The notes under the pieces: model-generated
Told to the model about the DNA's origin: nothing
What the model saw: the letters and a program-made list of their open reading frames with translations, nothing else
Database searches by the model: none
Program-made: the position numbers and the translations under genes
In this document: in pieces, positions 53,670 through 64,000 of the stretch
Layout of the letters: every line of letters starts with the position of its first letter
Position numbering within the stretch: position 1 is the first letter of the stretch
Assembly: GCA_965203295.1 (NCBI GenBank)
Contig: CBDBCZ010000016.1
Location: forward strand, 896,001 to 960,000
Origin: Nitrospirales bacterium
GTDB taxonomy: Bacteria > Nitrospirota > Nitrospiria > Nitrospirales > UBA8639
Reading direction: 5' to 3'
DNA length: 64,000 nt

Positions 53670-56027
53670 CTAACTGTATATAATTGTCTGTATACTGTGA
53701 GATAATGCAGTCACTTTAACGGCTTGCTGCTTGCCACCACTTGTGTCCAGGAGCTTAAACGTAATTGACTGGTCACCAGTGTTCATCACCACGACAACGA
53801 CCTGTTTCAGAGGAGTGAGGAAGGCAGTACACTCTAGAGAAGAGTTCATCACAACACTGGATATCCTCACTGATCCACGGGGGACAAACTTGCTGCAAAT
53901 GAGAGAAAATATTATAGTCAATTGGTATGATCTAAATCTGATCCCTGTGTGATTATCGCTGTTTGAAGTTATGGCATGGAGCTAGAGCCACCACACTCTG
54001 TATGCTGTTGCAGGAATAACAAACAGGTAGGTTACTACAAAGTGTATGTTGGCTTCCTGATTAACAACTGTCCAGTAGCCAGTCAGAATCTGATGATGCC
54101 CATATACTCATGCACTTTGTAGTACAAGGAACAATCACATGTTTTTAGATGATGCCCATAATATTATACTCATGGCTGTGTAGTAAAAGGCACAATCACG
54201 TGTTTTTCTTGCAACAGCATTGTGAGCATGTGAATTATCAGCAACTGCAACAACCGCTCAATAGATATTGTGTGGTGCATCCTATATAGTCAGTACAATG
54301 CAGCAACAGATGTTTACCTAATATGTCCCACGTAGTAGTAGAACACCTGAGGGTACACCACTTGGTTCTCTGCATCAGCTAGTAGCATTGCATCGAAACC
54401 GCATTTGACCGGCCCTTCACACTCATCAGGACCCTTGTGGTTTGGCCCCCCAAGCATATCCAGCATGAGGTTCCAGTCAATGAAGCCCACCACCCAGTTG
54501 TTCATGTCTCCGATGATGTCATGAGCATAGTGCTCCCCGTGTGACCACAGCGGATGCTTCGGATCTATCTCCCTAGGATCGGTGGCCTCAGTGGCCAGGA
54601 TGGGTTTGTCTGGAAAGAGAAAGTGGGTCGTATTGAGGTTCTCAAACTGATCTCCGCTGTACCAATGCACAGCGGTGCCCCAGGCATACTTGGCAGCATT
54701 GGGATCAGTGTAGATTGTCTTTGCCCATTGAACCACATTATCCTTGTTGTGGTCGTAGATAAGAATCTTGAGCTTTGGGTGGTCCATGCTAAGCTGAGGA
54801 CCAAGAAACGTCTTGAGAAAGTCCCGCTCCGCCTCAGGAGTAAAATGCATCCCTTCATAGTCTGGTGGACAGTATCCTGGCTCGTTTTGAATCGTAATGC
54901 CCCAGATGTCTATTCCCGCCTCATCACAGTATGCTGAAATAAACTTTGAGAAATATAGTGCCCACGTATGCCTGTATTCATCCTTTAGATTGCAGTCCGA
55001 GCAACCGTGTGGGCAGTAAGGAGGCAGAGTGTCCCTCTGCTTCATCCAGTTTGGAGGACTCCATGGTGATGCCACAATGTTCAGGGTGCTGTTAGACCAC
55101 TTCTTCCTGGTTTCAATGGCCTGCTTGATGAAAGGAATAATCAGCTGCTTGTCGTGATCAATGCTAAAGTGGTCCAAATTAGAGTCTCCAGCTACAGCAT
55201 CGTAGTTGTAAGTTTCGAGGGAAAAATCACATGAGCCCATGGGTAGTCTAGCCATATTGTACCTCAGTCCCTCCTCAGAGAAGTACATGTCCAGAACCTG
55301 AGACTGAAGGGTGGGGTTCAGCTTGGAGAACACGTAGGATGCTGACTCTGTGAAGGCCCCTCCGAATCCCTCTATGGTCTGGTAAGTAACTGACCTGATG
55401 GTGGATAAGCATGGTATGGGTTCATGTGTCATTCCGGGTCATCAGACCGTTTTCTGTTGACATGATCACAACTACAAAAGTGATCTCTCAATTCAAGGCA
55501 GATTGGATATTATTCTCCATTAGCAAGGATTCGTTATTACAGTGGGCTGGAATGAAGCCCTTAATTGACTAATGGAATGCAATCTTAGATACATAGGACT
55601 ATCTCTTGGTAAAAAGTTGGGGATAGTTGTCTAGGCTATTCTGAGCAGTCCATTCCAGTCCACCTAACGGAAACCCCCCTCGTATTTATTATACAATCGC
55701 GGGCGTAATTTACAGCACCCCGATGTTGTTCAAATAAGCATGAGCCCCTCCCACTATTGCGGTAGATCCCACATAACGTACATGTATATGATGCATGATG
55801 ATAAAAAGACTTGTCGTTTACCTATTGATTGAGACGGTGGTGGTAGAGGGGAAGTCATCACTAAACTGCAAGTCATGTTGTCTTGTGAGGCGATCTGGGG
55901 TCCCCTCTGCCGTTCTGTACCATTCCGCCGTACCAGCTGTCTCCACTCTAAGAACCTGTACTACGCAAAGTATGCAAAGCAACCGACAGACGACATTAAA
56001 CTTGGACATTATGATAGCAAAATCCAT
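53670..56027 (-). CDS. GBA: Lysosomal glucosylceramidase-like, GH30; exons 55821-56027 (start may be 56009), 54318-55394, 53670-53892
   Basis: Signal-peptide-like N-terminus; YQTIEGFGGAFT, ARLPMGSCDFS, ASPWSPPNWMK, IQNEP (acid/base), AVHWY, ATEA (nucleophile), DWNL, GGPNH, YYYVGHISKFVP. Confidence 0.93.
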
Positions 56028-56239
56028 AGCTATTGCAAAATAATAAATTATGAAGCAGACTGATCAGTAGCTACGACGAGATTTCAATTCTGTGAAGGCT
56101 TAGCATTCGTGAACTTCCAGCTATGTCACCCCTACGAGTCGAACGGGTACTAGGTGCATGCTGAACACACTTCTGCGCACGAGGTGATTACGTCATTCAG
56201 TGATACAGCTCACATAATTATGCGCACAAGTGCTGTCAC

Positions 56240-56637
56240 TAAGGCTGAGCCTATCATGCTCAAGAAATACCCTATTATGCTATGCTGCACTGCTCCAAAA
56301 TATTCCTATTATGCTCAACAAATGTCCCTATTGTGCTCAAATTATGCTCATTAAACTTAATATGACCCTCGTAGCGAAACCTACCATAAACTTCAAGTAT
56401 GCGTGGGTGGATAATCGGTGATGCATATTTTCATAATTTCTAGTATGTTCACTGCTTTTGGACCACTCCCCTACAAGGTCTGACAGTAATAGATTGGTAG
56501 CTTGCTGAGTTTCCGCTACACATTAATTAAGTGACCTAATTTCTCCCAAGAATCTACCTATTATGTTTGCATTATGCTCAGTGCTTCTGCATACCTATTA
56601 TGCTCATTTTAATGCTGGCATAATCGGCTCACCCCTA
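56240..56637. mobile_element. hAT-like MITE upstream of GBA
   Basis: TA(A/G)GG.TGAGCC.AT.ATGC TIRs; perfect 8-bp TSD GCTGTCAC. Confidence 0.75.
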
Positions 56638-58044
56638 GCTGTCACTGCAGCTGCGCAGGATGGTCTCAGATGCACTGCACTGTGTTCATTGGAAGTGCAT
56701 TCCTACATGAATGCTTTTGCACTTTATCATAAAAGTGAGGTAATTATAGTAGATTGCGGAGAGTTTTTTTAGAGAATGGCAAATTGAGTGTGGTTACGAA
56801 GGGGTGTCGATGCATGAAGTGATGACTGAACTTGCTCCTGTGAAGGTGGGTCGGAAAAATGAGAAGGTGAAATGTTTCAGTGGCAAGCTGAGTAAGTGTA
56901 CTTCACTAAACATATAAAATTTGGCAGATGATATTCTGGGTGTTAACCTGCAGTTTCTCTAGAATGTACTGCCTTCCTCACTCCTCTGAAACAGGTCGTT
57001 GTGTACTTGACGGCAAGTGTGCCCATTACAGGCAGCAAAGGTGGTGTAGGATAAGGAGCCAGATAAAGCAGAGCATTATACATAATTCTTCATGTATTAG
57101 AGCTGTATGCTATATTCTGTGCTGCATTTGGATGAGTCAGTATAACATGTAGGATGAGCCACAAATACAAGCAAGACGAGTATGTCCAGTGATACTGGCC
57201 ATGGATGGCTATATAATTATATCAATGCGAAATTTATCGTACTCACCACCCATGATTACAAATGGCCGGTGTTCATCAAGCAGTCAAATATCACTGGATA
57301 TTGACTTGGATGGTTTGCCACAATTATAGGAAATACTACATAGTGATACTATGACATTGTGGCATGTATTATACTATAATAATTATTATGTGAAAGAACT
57401 GTCAGCAAATATTTGAATCCTAAGAAGTGGTGTGTAAGTCAAAGAACAGAGACTTCCCTGACTAGCTACATGTCCACATGCAGTATACACATAAAAAGGG
57501 ACAAACAGCTGTTAGGTCTCAGAAGATGTACCCCTCACATGCAGAAGAGTTACGGAGAGACTGATCACAAATATGCCATCATTCCTTAGGCGCTACATGT
57601 ACCGCATTTCCTAATAAATTGTATCTCTCAGTGAGAGTGAAGAGCCAAAAGCTGTAGCACATTAAATGTGTGGATGATGGCTTCATAACTAATTATACTT
57701 TTGGTCAGTTGGTGTTTCTAGTGACAGTTTAATCATGAGCCTTGCCATTATAAGCACAATACATTACTCACAACTTAAGGGGGAGAAATGACTGGATACA
57801 AAATTATAAGGAGACAATGAAGTCCCAAAAACTATCAAGAGTGTACATGATTGTACCTGCATGTATTGCTCATACAATATTATATCTACAAGATGATTAT
57901 GTACAACGCAACACTGTAGAATTTTACAATGATCATTGCTATATAAGAAATAAGGTGTGGTCAATGTCACCTCTTGATTTTGACATGGCTACTATCACTT
58001 AAAGAGACAATGAAAATATTATCATGATGGGTGAGGTTTCGTGC

Positions 58045-61000
58045 TTAGGCAGCTTTCTGAAAGTTGGAGTATATTTCAAAGCTGTCTAAAAATTCATTAA
58101 GTATCTCATGACACAGAATGTATTGCTCCTGCAGTGGAAAAGGAAACAGGTGGTCAGTCAGAAGTGACTTTGGACTAGTGATGTGTGCATGCATGCATAG
58201 AAAGAAGACTCCTCGCTCAGCATACGATCACCACTTGAGTTCTCCCACAAACTCACCACACTCTGCACCAGGCCTGGACGGTTGAGACGGGCTGACTTGA
58301 TGAACTGAAAGACGTCAACCAGACCCTCAGTCTTCAGCCTCTCTATCTGAGCATGCATGCAGATGAAAGTGCCTGTACGACCCATTCCATCACTGCAAGA
58401 AAACAATGATAGAAGAAGGCACACTAATTGGACTAGATCATGCCGAAATCATAATAGAATTCTTAATGGAAACCAATGATACAAGAAGCACAACACACAA
58501 TATTTCCACTGTGTTCCCGGGCAAAGTTAATAAGTCACTCTATGGCTACAGTACTAAACACATCAACTAACTTGCACATAACAGTGATGGCCTTGTTTTC
58601 TGTGGTCATCTGCACCCGGTTGACATTCTCCAACACTTCCAAGACAGCAGATGGAGTGGGACGGCCATGTTTCGGCCAGCACAGCAGCTGAAACTGGGTC
58701 ACAGTGAAGGAGGAAGGGCCCCTTGCTTCCTAGAAGAAGTTAACAACAAACTTTATATTTGCCGTGGTGAAGCTATAACATTGTGATGTGGTGTAATTGC
58801 TTACGTACAGTTGTGGATTGAGATTGGCCGTAAAAGACTTCAAACTTTCTAACTACATAGCCATGGTTCTTCTCCTCTGATTCCAGTGTGACCTCAATGT
58901 CACGATACTTTATAGTCAACCCCTGCTTCGTAGGCCAGTAAATATAGCAGGACTCCTGTAGCAAGATAATTTGAAATATTGTCTCAAATTCGCTCTCACA
59001 TGCAACTTCAGTAACACTGGGAACTCTATATATGATGCTACTACGATAATAGTATGATCTCAAGGTGTTAGGCACAACATAGCCATACTTCATGTGCTAC
59101 AGAATACATCACCTTTCCTTCCTCTAAAAAGCTGCACAGCATGACGATACACTTGCTCTGGTACTCCCAAATCATCCTCCAAAAATCCTTCATGGTAGAG
59201 GCCAGTGGGCCCTGGGTGGCAATGTAAGCCCCTCTCTTCCTATAGCCCTATTGTATAATGTGGAAAGAATACAGAGAATGTTCAAGGTACAAGTATTGTG
59301 TGAGACTCTACTGACATCAACAAAGTTGGCATTGATGTAGTCAGATCCTTCAATTCCTGTTTGTCGTAGGAACACTCGGCAGTAGTTGCCTGTGAGTTAA
59401 AAAGAAAATGAGGTAAGGCACAGATATACTCATCATCGTGGATTATAGTACTCCATATGACATTGTAGGGATGGTGTGGGGAAAAAATGGCGGTCCCAGT
59501 CCCATTACATCTGTACAAAATGATGCTCATGACTGCTGTAGATGTAGTCTAGGCCAACTATGAGCCCTCCCAGGAGCATTGTTGTAATCAACCAGACTGT
59601 TAGCGTTGCTATAAATTTTGTTAAACCACTTTTTTCTCAGGCAAACATGGCCATTTGTACCTGCAATTTTGGAGGCATAGCGGTTCTTTATGAGGTTGTA
59701 TTCTGCTGTAGCATCAGAAAAATCTTCCTCTTCCATTTTGGGGGAAATTTGCTTGAGTAGCTGTTGGGCATACATGGAATATTTTGCGAAAATGAAATCT
59801 CATATTCTGTACACTGACAAATTTATTCCGTACCTCAAACTGGTCTTGGAACCCGGACACCTGCTTGTCATCGGCAGTCTGATGCAGTTGGCTGGTGGTG
59901 ATCCTTAGGTTGGCTGCAGATATGTCTGTCTTACCACAGGTGATCAGTTCATCCAAGGCAGTATGGATGAACACATACTGGTCCTAAAGAGGAGAATGTC
60001 TAACATGCAGTTGTTCCTAAACGGGGTTAGGCACTACACCTATGATGTATATATGAGACAATAAGAGTATATAAACAGATAAACTATCAGTGCTGGGATA
60101 GTTAAAATAGAGTACAGCCTACCAGAGTCTGGACCATTTGTACACGCTGGCGTCGCAGCTTTTCAACACACCCGAAGACATTCACAACACCCATGTCTTT
60201 GATCCGCTGCAACTGCATATCGAGAACCATAAATGTTCCAGACCTGCCCACTCCGGCACTGCAGTGCACTAGGAGAGGATGTTGGTGTGATGGGGGATGG
60301 GACAAGCGCACCCTCTCAATGAAATTAATAAGAGACATGGCATTTGATGGTACTCCATGGTCTGGCCAGGCTAGATAGAAGAAATGGGAAACCTCCAAAG
60401 CTGGCTCTGCATGATCGGATGTCTAAGGAGGGATATAGTAACCAATAGTATACATGATTCATTCAAGCAAAACTGTCCCTAAAATGGGCAAATAACTTTC
60501 ATTCTTACATCTTTCACAATGAATGTCCTGATCTCGTATTCAGCGAATGGCAGGAAGGAGGTGAGGGTGACTGTGAGGTTATAACCCACTTCTTCAGTCT
60601 TATTGATTTTTTTAGGCCAGTACTGCTCACACTTTTTCTGTACAGGAAGACCAGTGTGTGGGTAAAATAAATAACTTAATTACTAGTCAGGATAATTGCG
60701 TATGCTGGTCTTAGTCTAAGATAACAGCCTACTTTTCCTTCTTCAATGCATCTAGTCAACATTGCAACAGTTGTGAGTTGGTGTTCCCAAATCATTCGCC
60801 AGAAGTCACCCACAGTTCCAGGAACAGGGCCTGAGATAAAGATGTAAAAAGGCATGTTTTGATGACAAAATGTCCAACTCATAGTGTCTAAAAGAATGGT
60901 ACCTTGTGAGGCAATGTATTCATTCTGTTTTGTGTAGCCCTAAATTGGAGAAGCAGTAAGCTTTATAATTAAAGAGCCAAACATATATAGCCATTACCAA

Positions 61001-63765
61001 AAGTAAATGAGCCTTACATCAATGAAGCTGGCATTGATGTAGTCAGATCCTTCTACTCCTTCAATCTCCTTCAGTTTCACCCGACAGAAGTCATCTGAGT
61101 ATGAGAGGGTGGATGGTATAGGGAAGTGACAGGTGTTGTGGCTATACCGTTTCTTGAAATAACTTACATGGGTAAATGTTTTGAAATCGATTACGCGGTT
61201 TGTTGCAGGAGGTCATAGCAGCATCATAAGCTGCCAAAGGTTCTTTCCTTAGGGACTAAGAATCCAAGTGATAGTTAAAATAATCTTTTCACAAGGTTAG
61301 CAGTGTGGTACTTACTTCGTACTCAGTTTGAAAATTTCTATCTTTGTCTGTGTGCATGTTGGACACGTGGGCACTGAACCAGGCAACTGAGATACCCTCA
61401 CTCTTGCTCTCAACTAAATAGACATGCAAATGTTGAAAATATCGACTACTGTCTACTGTGTGGAAACAATGCTTTATACCTGAAGACCTTTTCCCCTGAG
61501 TATTCTCTTTTCCACTGAATGACAGCTCCAAGCTGTCTGCAGAGATGGGCCACATGGCCTGAGGTCGTACGTGATACTTTCCAGTCTGAGACCGCTTCTG
61601 CCTATAGAATCGCCTATAGAGTAATAGCATAACGTAAGTTACAGCTCACATTAATACGTACCATTGTTGGTTAATCAAGGTCACAGCAATGTGTACACTT
61701 CATGTATTCATCTATATACTTGTACTCATACACTGTACATGAACTCACCACAATGCAGCAACCAATATAATAGCAATGAGCACAACAAAGAGAGCTCCAA
61801 TGATAGCTCCCACCACTGCTCCAACATTCATGGAACTGCTACTTGGATCTGTATCAGTGGGGTACCAGCAGTGCATGGTATAAACAATATGTGTACTCTT
61901 TTCCAGATACATTTGTGAAATCAAAAAGGAGAAAATACATTTGTTTCATAGGGAAGGGGGGAGGGGATTTATAACATGGAGCGTAACAATTTAAAGACTG
62001 TACATGATCAATATAGGAGCTCAAGACCAATCAGGAAATGGGTCCATGGTACCAAACTCAAGATTCGCATGGTAAGGAGGGGTGGGTTGTTGAGAATAGA
62101 CAAACCCATCCTTGCCGTACAAATCTTCGACTTGGCAGCTAGTGCTTTCTGCCATCAGAAAGAAACGAAATCACTTACTTTTTACGGTGAGTGTCTTTGC
62201 ATCCATCACTGTCCCTGCGGTGGAGGTGGCCTGACAGGTGTACAGTCCTCCATGGGACGTCTGCACTGGGGTGAACTCCAATGTGCTAACATAGGTCTTA
62301 GTAGAGTCATTAGTCATCAGATGCTGGGTGTCACTGATAATACTGCCACCATCAGGGCCTAACCACTGCACAACTGGATCTCCTATCAGTGAGTCCCCCT
62401 CTGCCAGAGTGACAGTACAGGTGAGAGAGAAGAACTCTCCTGCAACTGGTATTTCAGGAGGTGATATTGTGACTGTGGGAGGAGGGTCTGAGAGACCAAT
62501 GGAGTAGTAAGTTATGTCAGTCACAAAGGTTCCCCCCATTGTACAATGACATGTACAAATACTGTTTGCTCACTTTGTACTGTTAATAATGTAGCATCCA
62601 TCATTGTGCCAGCAGAGGAAGTAGCCTGGCAGATATACTCCCCTCCATGGGATGTCATCACAGGGTTGAATTCCAGTGTGCTGATGTATATATTAGTCAT
62701 TGCCTGATGTGTACTACTGACAAGAACACCATTGGGACACATCCACTGCACAGCTCCTATCAGCGAGTCCCCCTCTGCCAGAGAGACAGTGCAAGTGAGA
62801 GAGAAGGACTCTCCTGCTGTTGGTGTCTCATACGGTGATATTGAAACTGTGAGAGAATCGACTAAAGGAAAATAATAGCAATTATCACTCTTCAGCAACT
62901 ACATAGTGACCACTGACTAATATTCTGATATGTATCTTCATAACTATAATTCATTATACCTGTATATAACAATTTCACATTTCAATACAAGGCGTGAAAT
63001 GTACAAGCTGACCACACTCCCTACTAGAAAAGATTACAGGTGAACAGACATACATGTAATTTGCAAGTTGAGTTTGAGGAAAGTATTCTAGATGATGATG
63101 CTAAGTGTGCCCAGTTGAGGGCACTGAGCCCTTTCCTAGAGACTGTTTAATTAACATTTGTTTACTGTCACCGGGTAATGAGAGAAGCAGCTATTCAGTC
63201 CAAGTTTGAATAGAGTACTGGTGTGAGACCACTTCCCATTCTGAGAACTGTATCCTGTATTCATAAGGCAACGTCTGCCTAGCAAACTAAGCATTTATCT
63301 TTCTTAATTAAAGTATTTTCTGAACATGACATACGGCTAAAGAATCACAACAGCAATGATACAGCTGTGCTTATATACATCGAGGTGAATGAAATGATTA
63401 AACACTCTCGTTACTATAAACCATACACTTAAGGGAGAGATTTTTAGTATCATGCCATCATAAGGGAAAACTTACATGCCATAAGTTCCTTTGAGGCTGT
63501 GCCCAATGCATTTAGAACTATGCAGTTATAAGTATGTCCAATGATGTCAGTTGCTGCAGCATCAATGATAAGAACAGTTTCATATGTGGATAGTCTCCTG
63601 TCAGTTATTGTTTGTATCTGTGTGTAGGTGTCATTGGGGAGAGACAGTGGTTGGCTATCCCTCATCCAGGTCACAGCGGTGGCAGGGGAACCAGTGGAGA
63701 TGCAGGTCAGGTTAGAGGATAAGCAACCATAGGTGAATACCAGGTGTGTGATGTTAGGAGGAGCT
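58045..63765 (-). CDS. Receptor-type protein tyrosine phosphatase (Ig domains, TM, D1+D2), 5' end outside window
   Basis: Ig exons ~63477-63765, 62572-62860, 62177-62487; TM ~61750-61830; D1 [47 protein letters not shown]2 [21 protein letters not shown]; ends [12 protein letters not shown] at 58045. Confidence 0.92.
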
Positions 63766-64000
63766 GGGAAAGAACAACGTACCCACTCTAATGATTTACT
63801 GACTAATAACATGTGCAACTGGATATACTATATCAAAGTCCTTGTGAGTGTTAAATAGTTGTGAATTGTTAGTGCATTGCGAGCTCACAATTAATAGAAT
63901 ACAATATATGTATTATGCTCTGGGGCATGTAATGCGAAATTTATGTAGCACTCACATGCTCCACACAGCATACATTGAACATATGCATACTTACTATTGA

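Overview
Eukaryotic, intron-containing DNA, most likely a demosponge (inferred from gene style and repeat families; not proven). Left part (1-29.4 kb): no credible protein gene. It holds an array of 18 co-oriented (+ strand) snRNA-like cassettes. Each intact cassette reads TATTCATG ... GAAACCCACAAGTG ... TGAGCAAGTGCTGC-TATATAA, then a ~40-50 nt variable segment, a canonical Sm site (AATTTTTGG) and a GGCTTC..GRAGCC hairpin. This is the layout of U7/U7-smOPT antisense RNAs, with diversified 5' regions. One divergent member (16.5 kb) resembles U7 itself. The cassettes sit in segmentally duplicated DNA full of non-autonomous DNA transposons (AcademH-, hAT-, IS3EU-, Tc1/pogo-like) and one Penelope-like fragment. 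Right part: MRPL22 (+), an intronless tandem-DED gene (-), SUMO (-), WBP4 (+), glucocerebrosidase-like GH30 (-) and the 3' part of an Ig-domain receptor tyrosine phosphatase (-). The tail-to-tail MRPL22/SUMO junction is duplicated on both sides of the DED gene. All calls are by eye; RNA ends, expression and targets are predictions.
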